A stretch of DNA of 64,000 nt from a candidate division NC10 bacterium CSP1-5 (GTDB taxonomy: Bacteria; Methylomirabilota; Methylomirabilia; Methylomirabilales; CSP1-5): the NCBI GenBank assembly GCA_001443495.1, contig LDXR01000007.1, forward strand, positions 51,398 to 115,397. Reading direction: 5' to 3'. This document shows positions 36,919 through 45,320 of the stretch, in pieces. Position numbers and translations under genes: made by a program. How positions within the stretch are numbered: the first letter of the stretch is position 1; every line of letters starts with the position of its first letter. Below the pieces are notes generated by a model. The model was not told the origin of the DNA. It ran no database searches and saw nothing but the letters and a program-made list of their open reading frames with translations.

Positions 36919-38070
36919 TCAACTGACCCATGGCCACAGGAGCCGCCCGACGACGGCACCCCCGAGCACGAGCCAGGTCGCGTTCACCCGCCAGCGCAGG
37001 CCGGCCCCCGCCGCCGCCAGCGCGATGACCCAGGCGGGCCAGCTGGTGAGCGTCGAGACCGAGAGTTTCACCGTGACGGCCGCCATCAATGCCAGCGAGC
37101 TTACGTTCACCGCGTCGAGGAAGGCCGCCATCCATCGCGATCGTCGCAGCCGGGGCAACACGAGACCGAGCGCGGCGACGAAGATGAAGGACGGGAGAAA
37201 GATACCCGCCGTCGCCACCACCGCGCCGGGCAGTCCCCCGAGGATGTAGCCGATGAAGGTAGCCGTGCTGAGCACCGGGCCCGGCGTGAGCTGGCCGATG
37301 GCGATCGCATCGAGAAGCTGCGCCTCGTTGAGCCAACCGTAATCCCGGACGAGCCCGCCCTCGAGGAACGCCACCAAGACGTAGCCGCTCCCGTACAGCA
37401 CCGCCCCGACCTTCAGGAAAAACAACCCGAGTTTTACGAGCGAGACGCTCGCCGCCGCTGCACTTCCACCCCCCGCGGCCGCAACGATGCCCGTCGCGGG
37501 TGCGGAGATCCACGCAAGGAGCGCAAGGCTGCCGGCTCGCCCGAGCCACAGCATGCCGATCACGCCCCCGAGGAGCAGGAGGACAATCTCGTCCCACCCG
37601 ACGAGCGACGCGACCGCCACGGCGCATCCGAGACTCAGAAGCGGCATCCCCTTGGCGGCGCTTCGGCCCAGCCGCCACACGGCGGCGAGGATGATGGCGA
37701 TCAGCGCCGGCTTGATCCCGAACAGGAAAGGGACAACCCGGGGCAGCGTGCCGAACGTGACGTAGGCCCAGGCGAAGCCGGTCGTGATCAGCACGGCAGG
37801 GATGATGAAGCAGAGACCTGCGATGAGGAGGCCGGCCCATCCGGCCCGGAGGTACCCGACGTGGATGGCCATTTCGGTCGAGTTTGGCCCGGGGATCAGG
37901 TTGGTCGCGCCCACGAGGTCCAGAAAGTGCTCGCGGGTGAGCCAGCGGCGGCGCTCGACCACCTCCTCTTCCATCATGGCGATGTGCGCCGCGGGGCCGC
38001 CGAAGCCGATCAGGCCGAGCTTCAGGAATAGGCGTGCCAGCTCCGCGAGTCGCCCAGGTGGTGTCTCCAT
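36919..38070 (-). CDS. chrA: Chromate ion transporter (CHR family)
   Basis: FLKLGLIGFGGPAAHIAMMEEEVVERRRWL and ...PGPNSTEMA are present, and the motif is duplicated in the second half (FFLKVGAVLYGSGYVLVAFL). Confidence 0.9.
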   Translation of the reverse strand: METPPGRLAELARLFLKLGLIGFGGPAAHIAMMEEEVVERRRWLTREHFLDLVGATNLIPGPNSTEMAIHVGYLRAGWAGLLIAGLCFIIPAVLITTGFAWAYVTFGTLPRVVPFLFGIKPALIAIILAAVWRLGRSAAKGMPLLSLGCAVAVASLVGWDEIVLLLLGGVIGMLWLGRAGSLALLAWISAPATGIVAAAGGGSAAAASVSLVKLGLFFLKVGAVLYGSGYVLVAFLEGGLVRDYGWLNEAQLLDAIAIGQLTPGPVLSTATFIGYILGGLPGAVVATAGIFLPSFIFVAALGLVLPRLRRSRWMAAFLDAVNVSSLALMAAVTVKLSVSTLTSWPAWVIALAAAGAGLRWRVNATWLVLGGAVVGRLLWPWVS

Positions 38071-38088
38071 CCGTCCCGTGTCCTGGGA

Positions 38089-39432
38089 TCAGCTTCCGTG
38101 AGGAATGGGGTGGGCTGATTGCCGAACCTCGGTCGGACGCCGCTCGGGAAGTGTCTCGTACATGCGGAGGGCCACGATAAGCCCCGACAGGAGCGTCAGG
38201 GCGGCCACGACATGAATGGCGGCGGCCATCCCGAGGAGATCGGCAATCAGACCGGCCAATAGCGCCCCTATAGCATATCCCAGATCGCGCCAGAAGCGAT
38301 AGACCCCCATGGAGGTGGCCCGCCAGCCCGCATGGGCAACATCGCTGATAGCTGCCAGCAGGACCGGGTACACCATCGCCGTCCCCAGGCCCTGCAAAAC
38401 CGCGGCAAGAATCCACCACGAATACGTGGGAACAAGCACTGTTAACCAGATGCCGACGGCCTGCACTCCCATCCCCCCCGCAATGAGCCACTTCCGGCCG
38501 AGGCGATCGCTCAGTGGGCCCGTGATGGGTTGGAGCAGTCCCCACACCGCGGGATAGACCGCCTTGATGATCCCGATGGCAGCCACGCCCAGGCCATGCG
38601 AGGAGAAGAAGAGCGGGTAAATTCCCCAAGACATCCCATCATTGAGGTTGTTGACCAGACCAGCTTGACTACAGGATGAAAGCGCCCGTTCCTTCCAGGA
38701 GGTCAGCGCAAAAATCTCCTTAACCGAGGGGTGCCTCGCCCCAGGATTGTCAGAACTCGCTGATGTAAGGGCGGGCGCGTGAGATGTATGCTGCCGTGCC
38801 TCGAACCGAGCATAATCGATGGTCTCCCGGACAAACAACACAGAGCAGACCAGGCCTAACGCGGCGATGCCGATGCCCAGGTAGAAGGGCTCCGGGCGGA
38901 GGGAGTAGGCGGCGGCGATCTCACCCGTGACGTATGCCATGGTGCCGACGGCAAGATAACCTGCGAACTCGTTCAGGCCGAGGGCAAGTCCGCGCCGCTT
39001 GGGGCCCACCAGGTCCACCTTCATAATCACCGTCATGGACCAGGTCAGGGCCTGGTTGATGCCGAGCACGATGTTGGCAACATCGAACCAGATCCAGCGG
39101 TTGGCGTAAATGATAATGAAAGGGACCGGCAGTCCGATGATCCAGCCCAGGACTAGCACGCGCTTGCGTCCCCAGGATTCGGAGATCCGGGCGGCGAAGA
39201 AGTTGCAGATGGCCTTGACGATGCCGAAGCTGATGATGAAGGAGACGATGGCGGTCTTCGAGGCGAGGCCGAACTCCTGCTCACCGATCAACGGCACGAC
39301 GGTCCGCTCGAGCCCGACCATAGATCCCACGAAGGCCGTGATCAGGACCAAGAGCGAGAACTGGCCTATGTTCTCCCGGAGGCCGAGGCGTAGCTCGGCT
39401 GCAGGACGCTTCACATCGGCATTCCCACTCAC
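38089..39432 (-). CDS. MFS transporter
   Basis: The profile suggests about 12 TM segments. The MFS loop motif is ISESWGRKRVLVLG. Confidence 0.9.
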   Translation of the reverse strand: MSGNADVKRPAAELRLGLRENIGQFSLLVLITAFVGSMVGLERTVVPLIGEQEFGLASKTAIVSFIISFGIVKAICNFFAARISESWGRKRVLVLGWIIGLPVPFIIIYANRWIWFDVANIVLGINQALTWSMTVIMKVDLVGPKRRGLALGLNEFAGYLAVGTMAYVTGEIAAAYSLRPEPFYLGIGIAALGLVCSVLFVRETIDYARFEARQHTSHAPALTSASSDNPGARHPSVKEIFALTSWKERALSSCSQAGLVNNLNDGMSWGIYPLFFSSHGLGVAAIGIIKAVYPAVWGLLQPITGPLSDRLGRKWLIAGGMGVQAVGIWLTVLVPTYSWWILAAVLQGLGTAMVYPVLLAAISDVAHAGWRATSMGVYRFWRDLGYAIGALLAGLIADLLGMAAAIHVVAALTLLSGLIVALRMYETLPERRPTEVRQSAHPIPHGS

Positions 39433-39435
39433 GGC

Positions 39436-40173
39436 TCAGGTCTCGCCGCGATTCTTGCACCGAATGGTGGCAAACTCGGGGGGCTGCGAGGGCAAGTTCT
39501 CGAGCATGAATCGCACGAACTCGGCCTTTGGCCGGGGCTTCAGCGCCGGATTGAACCGCCGCTCGAATCCCAGCGTGGAGCTAGGATTGCCGCTCATCGC
39601 GCGACCGCAGGCCGAGCCGGCGAAGTGGGTCGGATAGAGCGCCAGCGCGTCATCAAGTGGAGCGAGCTTGATGAAGAGGCTGTCGTAGAGCTGTTCAGCG
39701 AGCACCCGGGACTCTTCGGGGCCATGGAGGTCTGGGCGGCCGGCGTCCCCGACGAAGAGGGTGTCCCCGGTCAAGAGGAGCCAAGGTTCGGGACCTCTGG
39801 TCTTGTCGGTCACGAGCAGGCAGATGCTGTCAGAGGAATGACCCGGCGTGTGGAGGACCCGCACCTTGACGTTGCCCAGCTCAAGCTGGTCCCCATCTTT
39901 CAACGGTTGGAAGGGAAAATGCGCCTGCGCAGCCCCGTGGAGGTAAATAGGGGCGCCCGTCTTCGCCGCCAGCTCGCGGCAGCCGGAGAGGTGATCCGCG
40001 TGAATGTGGGTCTCGATGATATGCGTGATCCGCATTCGGCTTCTCTCGCTGGCCTCGAGATACTGATCGATCTCCTGCTGTGGATCCACCACAGCTGCAG
40101 AGGCTCTTCCGCCTCACCCGAAGAGATATGAGGCACAGCCGGTCTCTGGTCTGAGGAATTGCCTGAAAATCAT
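39436..40173 (-). CDS. MBL-fold hydrolase (persulfide-dioxygenase-like) with an in-frame UGA at codon 20; candidate selenoprotein
   Basis: ATG 40173 lies 5 nt after AGGAGG. The frame reads MIFRQFLRPETGCASYLFG-TGA(40116..40114)-GGRASAAVVDPQQ... and continues directly into the track ORF 39436..40092. The metal motif is HIHADH. A hairpin follows the UGA, and selA is in the window. Confidence 0.65.
40072..40100 (-). promoter_or_regulatory. SECIS-like hairpin downstream of the MBL-gene UGA
   Basis: The mRNA forms CUGCAGCUGUGG-UGGAU-CCACAGCAGGAG. Ten of 12 positions pair, with 7 contiguous apical bp. The hairpin starts 13 nt after the UGA. Confidence 0.45.
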
Positions 40174-40585
40174 TGTGGCCTCCTGTGCCGTCTGCCTCGG
40201 GGCCACTGAAATTCAGTGTCCCTTCTGTCGTCATTTTCAACAGCCACATACTATTGGTCAAATCAATAATATAAACATTTCTGATTGCTTTTACGAATAC
40301 ATATTTAACTATTTGGAATAAAAGATTTTTATTATCATAAAGGCTCTGTTGCAGAAGGAATTTTGGCGAGCCTGGCATGGTGGAGGAGGGGAAAGTAAGG
40401 AGCAAGGGACCGAGAGCGACGCGAAGAGTGCTTATAAACCACTTACCGAAAGCATTGTCGTTTTAGCGGCGTGGTTTGCGGGAAAGGGGCGATTCACGCA
40501 TCCCTCGGGTTAAAAGAGGGGAATCATACATCAGTTGTCGTCCGTCTAATACGGTGAGGCACAATTGGACCCAAGAACCTTCGGT

Positions 40586-40600
40586 TGGCACGCCGCTTGC
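40586..40600 (+). promoter_or_regulatory. Near-consensus sigma-54 (-24/-12) promoter
   Basis: TGGCAC-GCCGC-TTGC matches TGGCAC-N5-TTGC exactly. Confidence 0.55.
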
Positions 40601-40642
40601 TAACTTGGCATGATGAAGCGTGGCACAAGGAGGCTGACGGAA

Positions 40643-40783
40643 ATGCTATTCTGCGCTTCATGCAAAATCTGGGTTCAGCCGATCCAATGGGTCGCCTACA
40701 TGCTGAATGGCTTGTTGGATATACACCAGGCGTGCCCTTGCTGCCACGATAAACTCCAGCAGCGCGAACCCGCCACTGTATAA
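40643..40783 (+). CDS. Possible 46-aa Cys-rich micro-protein
   Basis: AAGGAGG lies 9 nt before the ATG, and the ORF starts ~40 nt downstream of the sigma-54 promoter. The sequence is MLFCASCKIWVQPIQWVAYMLNGLLDIHQACPCCHDKLQQREPATV (CxxC...CxCCH). I recognise no homology. Confidence 0.35.
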   Translation: MLFCASCKIWVQPIQWVAYMLNGLLDIHQACPCCHDKLQQREPATV

Positions 40784-40925
40784 ACCACCTACGTCTGTCC
40801 TCCACACCGTCCTGTATCATTCCCAGCCACTGCAGCCTTTTTGAGCATCCTGCACCAACGGTGCTCCGGATTGTAGCGAGGCTCTTGCACCGAACGATGG
40901 CGGAGAGAGGGCGGTATGCCCTGTA

Positions 40926-42827
40926 TCAGCGGATCTTGGAGCCGGGGGGAATATCCTTGTCTGGGGTGAGCAGGATAATGCGCCCTTCGGCGTCCTCGGC
41001 GGCCAGGAGCATCCCCTGGGATTGGATTCCCTGGATGCGCGCGGCCTGGAGGTTGGCAACGACGGCCACCTTTTTGCCGATCAGCGCCTCTGGGGCGTAC
41101 TGCCCCTGCAGCCCCGCGACCAAGGTTCGTTCCTCCTCGCCGAGACGCACGGTGAGTTTGAGGAGCTTTTTCGAACCGGCGACCGGCTCGGCGCGCACGA
41201 TTTCGGCCACCCTGAGGTCAAGGCGCTGAAACTCCGCGAGGCTTACCTGGGAGTTAGCGGGATCGGCCTCTTCCTGGGCCCGGATCGCCGCAAAGCCCCC
41301 CTCCACGCGGGGGAAGAGGGGTGGCCCCTTGCGGATCATGCCGGACGTGGGACCGCTTCCCCAAGCGGCCTGACCGATCCGCATCGCCTCAACGTTTCCG
41401 TGGATCCCTAATTGGTCGGTGATGGCCTGCCCCGTCTCGGGCAGGAAAGGCGAGACGAGGAGCCCCACGATCCGCAAGGCCTCCCAGGCATGGTACAGGA
41501 CCCGCTCCAGGGCGTGAGGGTCCTTCTTGCTGAGCTCCCAGGGCTTGGTGCTGTCGATATACTTGTTGACCGCATTCACCAGCTCCCACAGAGCCTCCAG
41601 GGCACGATTGAAGGCGAGCTCATCCACTGCGCCCGTGACGGTCGTCGGGGTAACTTCGGCCTGCTGTATCAGCTCGCGGTCCTGGAGACTTTCGGGGTTC
41701 ATCCGCTGGGGGATCCTGCCGCTGACATACTTTTCGATCATAGTCAAGACGCGGCTCAGCAGATTGCCGAGATCATTGGCCAGGTCGGAGTTCAGCCGGC
41801 TGACCAAGGCGTCTTCACTGAAGCTGGCATCCAGTCCGAAGACCATCTCTCTCAGGAGGAAGTAGCGCAGGGCGTCCCGGCCGTATTTCTGGGTGAGATC
41901 GAGCGGCCGAACCACATTGCCGAGACTCTTGGACATCTTGCCCCACTCCACCTTCCAGTACCCGTGCACGTGCAGGTGGCGGTAAAGTGGGATCTCGGCC
42001 GCCCAAAGCATGGTGGGCCAGTAAATGCCGTGCGGTTTGACGATGTCCTTGGCGATCAGGTGATTGGCCTGGGGCCAGAAGGTCCGGTATTCGTCGCTGT
42101 CCGGATAGCCGAGGCCACTCAAGTAATTGATTAGGGCGTCAAACCAGACGTACGTAACATAGTCGCGATCAAAAGGGAGCGGGATCCCCCATCTCAGGCG
42201 GCTCACCGGCCGCGAGATGCACAGGTCTTCGAGGGGCTCGCGAAGAAAGGCCAGCACTTCATTTCGGTACCGCTCGGGACGGATGAAGTCGGGGTGTTCC
42301 TCGAGGTGCTTGATCAGCCTGTCCTGGTACCTGCTCATGCGAAAGAAGTAATTTCGCTCCTTGATGAAGGTGGGCTCGACCCGATGGTCGGGGCATTTGC
42401 CGTCCTCGAGCTCGCGCTCGGCATAAAAGCGCTCGCAGCCGAAGCAGTACCGGCCGCCGTACTCCCCGAGGTAGATCTCCCCACGGTCGTAGATCCGTTG
42501 CAGGAGGGCCTGAACCACTCGCTGGTGGGAGGGCTCGGTGGTGCGGATAAAGCGGGTATAGGTGATCTTCAAGGCCTGCCAAGTGTCGCGGAAGGCACCG
42601 CTGATCCGGTCGGCGTACGCCTGCGGTTCATCACCGGCCTTGGCAGCCGCCTGGGCAATCTTGTCCCCGTGCTCGTCGGTCCCCGTAAGAAAGAAGACGC
42701 GATGCCCCGTGAATCGCTTGAACCGCGCCAGGGCATCGGCCAGGATGGTCGTGTAGGCGTGGCCGAGGTGCGGGACGTCGTTGACGTAATAGATCGGGGT
42801 GGTGATGTAGATGATCCGCTCACTCAT
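40926..42827 (-). CDS. metG: Methionine--tRNA ligase with a C-terminal tRNA-binding (Trbp111-like) domain
   Basis: The HIGH motif appears as HLGH, and KMSKS is present. The C-terminus reads ...AEIVRAEPVAGSKKLLKLTVRLG.... Confidence 0.97.
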   Translation of the reverse strand: MSERIIYITTPIYYVNDVPHLGHAYTTILADALARFKRFTGHRVFFLTGTDEHGDKIAQAAAKAGDEPQAYADRISGAFRDTWQALKITYTRFIRTTEPSHQRVVQALLQRIYDRGEIYLGEYGGRYCFGCERFYAERELEDGKCPDHRVEPTFIKERNYFFRMSRYQDRLIKHLEEHPDFIRPERYRNEVLAFLREPLEDLCISRPVSRLRWGIPLPFDRDYVTYVWFDALINYLSGLGYPDSDEYRTFWPQANHLIAKDIVKPHGIYWPTMLWAAEIPLYRHLHVHGYWKVEWGKMSKSLGNVVRPLDLTQKYGRDALRYFLLREMVFGLDASFSEDALVSRLNSDLANDLGNLLSRVLTMIEKYVSGRIPQRMNPESLQDRELIQQAEVTPTTVTGAVDELAFNRALEALWELVNAVNKYIDSTKPWELSKKDPHALERVLYHAWEALRIVGLLVSPFLPETGQAITDQLGIHGNVEAMRIGQAAWGSGPTSGMIRKGPPLFPRVEGGFAAIRAQEEADPANSQVSLAEFQRLDLRVAEIVRAEPVAGSKKLLKLTVRLGEEERTLVAGLQGQYAPEALIGKKVAVVANLQAARIQGIQSQGMLLAAEDAEGRIILLTPDKDIPPGSKIR

Positions 42828-42867
42828 CGAAATCGAGATGGATGGCGCTCCACGCGGGGTGATCCGC

Positions 42868-43851
42868 CTAGGCGGCTTGAAGGTCGCGGAGCATGAGGAA
42901 CATCACCTCCAAGCTGAGTCGCGGGTTCGCGTACCGGCCGAGTCCGTCCAACGTCTGCTTCACCGTGCGATACATCGCCAGAAGCTGCCTGAGCGCGAGG
43001 TCCTTACTCTGGCCTCGCAGGGCCGCTTCGCGGTTTCGATAAACCAGGAGGTCCTGGCGACCCGTCACCTTTGAGACCATGAGGTCCCGGCACCAGGCGA
43101 GGAGCGCCTCGAGGAAGAGAGGGACGGTCTCCTTCTGGCGGAGGATCTGCTCTGTCAGCTCGAGCACGGGGACCGTCCTTCCGGGGGGAAGGGCAAAGAC
43201 CTGCCCCACCAGATCCCAGACCTCTGAGAGCGGGCTCTTGCGCAGCTCTTGCGCCCGGCCGAGGCTGCCGCCAGCGAGGCTGGCCAGGAGGGTGGCCTCC
43301 CCCTCTTCACACCCCTGCTCCCGGAGCCGGGTGGCGATAACCCCTTCGGGCAGGGGGGCGAATCGGATCTGACTACAGCGGGAAACGATCGGGGGAAGAA
43401 GCGCCGAGGCCTCTGGGGCGATGAGGATCAGGAAGGTAGCTCGTGGGGGCTCTTCCAAGGTCTTGAGGAGCGCATTCTGGGCCTGCTCCGTCATCGTCTC
43501 GGCCTGATCCAGGATGAAAACCTTTCCTCGTCCCTCGTAAGGCGTGAGGGGTGCCTCGCGGGTCAGGGTGCGGATCTGATCGATCTTGACCGTGGCGCCT
43601 TCCGGGATGACCAGATGGACATCGGGGTGAATTTTCTTGGCGATCTTGCTACAGGCGGGACATCGGTCACAGCAATCGCCGTTGACCCTGTCCAGGCAGT
43701 TCAGCGCTTTGGCAACCGTGATGGCCGTCAGAAACCGCCCGACCCCTTTCGGTCCGGTGAAGAGGAGCGCATGCGGCAGGCGATCGATCCCGATCGCCCG
43801 CTTGAGCAGCGAGACCGCGCGTTCCTGGCCGAGGATGCCGGCAAAGCCCAC
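42868..43851 (-). CDS. holB: DNA polymerase III delta-prime subunit
   Basis: LPHALLFTGPKGVGR and the zinc module CCDRCPACSKI are present. Confidence 0.9.
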   Translation of the reverse strand: MGFAGILGQERAVSLLKRAIGIDRLPHALLFTGPKGVGRFLTAITVAKALNCLDRVNGDCCDRCPACSKIAKKIHPDVHLVIPEGATVKIDQIRTLTREAPLTPYEGRGKVFILDQAETMTEQAQNALLKTLEEPPRATFLILIAPEASALLPPIVSRCSQIRFAPLPEGVIATRLREQGCEEGEATLLASLAGGSLGRAQELRKSPLSEVWDLVGQVFALPPGRTVPVLELTEQILRQKETVPLFLEALLAWCRDLMVSKVTGRQDLLVYRNREAALRGQSKDLALRQLLAMYRTVKQTLDGLGRYANPRLSLEVMFLMLRDLQAA

Positions 43852-44519
43852 TACCGTTTTTCCCCTTGAACAGCCCAGCTCGCGATCAGCGGCTCGACCC
43901 GCTGCCAGATCTCTCTGGCGATTGTCTCTTCCTGGCGCGTGGCATCGACGACGAGGAATCGATGAGGTTCCTCCCGAGCGAGGTGGAGATACCCCTCCCG
44001 CACCCGGTCGTGGAACTCGAGGGCCTCCGACTCCAGGCGATCCAGGAAGGGCTCGGGCAGTGAGACCTGGCCGCGCGCCCTCACCCGGTGGAGCCCCTCG
44101 CGAGGGTCGAGATCGAGGAGGATGGTGAGGTCCGGCGTGAGGCCCCCGGTGGCGACCTGATTCATTGTGCCGATGCGCCTCAGGTCCAGGCGTCGCCCGT
44201 GTCCCTGGTAAGCGACGGTTGCATCGGCGAATCGATCACACACAACGATGATCCCCGCCTCAAGGGACGGGCGGATGCACTCGCGACTGAGTTGGGCACG
44301 CGAGGCCAGATAGAGAAAGAGTTCGGCCTCGGCCGCCATCTCCTGATCGCGGGTCGTGAGCAGCATGGACCGAATCGCATCGCCGAGGGATGTCCCTCCG
44401 GGCTCTCGGGTCTCCGTCACGGGCTGCCCGGCGTGCCGCAGGCTGGTGGCCAAGCGTCGGAGTTGCGTGGTCTTGCCCGAGCCCTCGACGCCTTCAAATG
44501 TGAGAAGCAGACCGCGCAT
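43851..44519 (-). CDS. tmk: Thymidylate kinase
   Basis: The P-loop is FEGVEGSGKTTQ, and DRF is present. Confidence 0.95.
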   Translation of the reverse strand: MRGLLLTFEGVEGSGKTTQLRRLATSLRHAGQPVTETREPGGTSLGDAIRSMLLTTRDQEMAAEAELFLYLASRAQLSRECIRPSLEAGIIVVCDRFADATVAYQGHGRRLDLRRIGTMNQVATGGLTPDLTILLDLDPREGLHRVRARGQVSLPEPFLDRLESEALEFHDRVREGYLHLAREEPHRFLVVDATRQEETIAREIWQRVEPLIASWAVQGEKR

Positions 44520-44525
44520 CTTCCC

Positions 44526-45320
44526 CTAATCTTTTTTTGGCGCTGGACCCTTCGCCCGGCGGTCCAGGACCTGCTTGGCGGCCCGGGAGACCGCGGCAGG
44601 GATGTTGCGATCGCTGGCCAAGAACTTGAGTTCCCTGTCGGTGAGATTGGGAAGCCCGAGAGCCAACGAGACCCCCACGGGAGTTTTCGGATTGTGGAGG
44701 AGGCCGGTGATCACCAATTTGTTGGCCCGGAAGCGCCGGATGTTGGCGATGGCCCTGAGGACTTTATCGGAGATATCCCGCATTTGCGCGATAATGGCAA
44801 TCTCCTCGTCGCTGATGCGCGGGCTGTTCACCACCTCGAGGGCGATCATGTCGTTGGGGTCCTTGATCAGGATCATCCGCGCGTCCTTATTCCCCTTCTT
44901 CGCCAGGGCCAGCTTCTGCCCCGTGTTCATCTCCCGGATCAACTGCACGAGGGTCTTCTTGCGCTCGCGCTCTTCTTTCGTGGTTTCGTGCAGGATCCAT
45001 TGCACTCTGCGGCGGTCCGTCTCGGTCAGGCCGGGGTTCTTGAGGAGGGCATGGCCCACGACGGGGTTGTGAAAGATGAAGACCCGATCCTCCAGCAGTT
45101 GGGCCGCCACCGAAGCCGGCGCCCGTTCCGCCATATAGATAATGGCGGGGAGGGGGGTCAGGGGATTCGCGACGAGGAGCTTCCAGAGTTCTTCATCATC
45201 GGGGAATTGGGCGGGCAACTCCTCGAGGAGCTGGGGCTCTATCTCTTGCGATTGGGCGAGGCGGGTAGCCTCATCGCGGGTGAGCGCGGACGGAGTCGGA
45301 GTGGCGCTCGGATCGCTCAT
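44526..45320 (-). CDS. Conserved hypothetical helical-repeat protein, translationally coupled to selA
   Basis: Its ATGA overlaps the selA stop. The sequence has repeated ...NP.TP... helical units. I recognise no catalytic motif. Confidence 0.7.
   Translation of the reverse strand: MSDPSATPTPSALTRDEATRLAQSQEIEPQLLEELPAQFPDDEELWKLLVANPLTPLPAIIYMAERAPASVAAQLLEDRVFIFHNPVVGHALLKNPGLTETDRRRVQWILHETTKEERERKKTLVQLIREMNTGQKLALAKKGNKDARMILIKDPNDMIALEVVNSPRISDEEIAIIAQMRDISDKVLRAIANIRRFRANKLVITGLLHNPKTPVGVSLALGLPNLTDRELKFLASDRNIPAAVSRAAKQVLDRRAKGPAPKKD

Noticed and set aside
40092-40092. The GTG start used by the ORF track for the MBL-fold gene.
   Set aside because: It would delete the N-terminal strands of the fold. 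The same frame stays open upstream to an ATG with AGGAGG, interrupted only by one TGA.
40524-40820. A 98-aa minus-strand ORF in the AT-rich/sigma-54 promoter region.
   Set aside because: The translation is basic and low-complexity with no ribosome-binding site. It overlaps the better-supported plus-strand micro-ORF.
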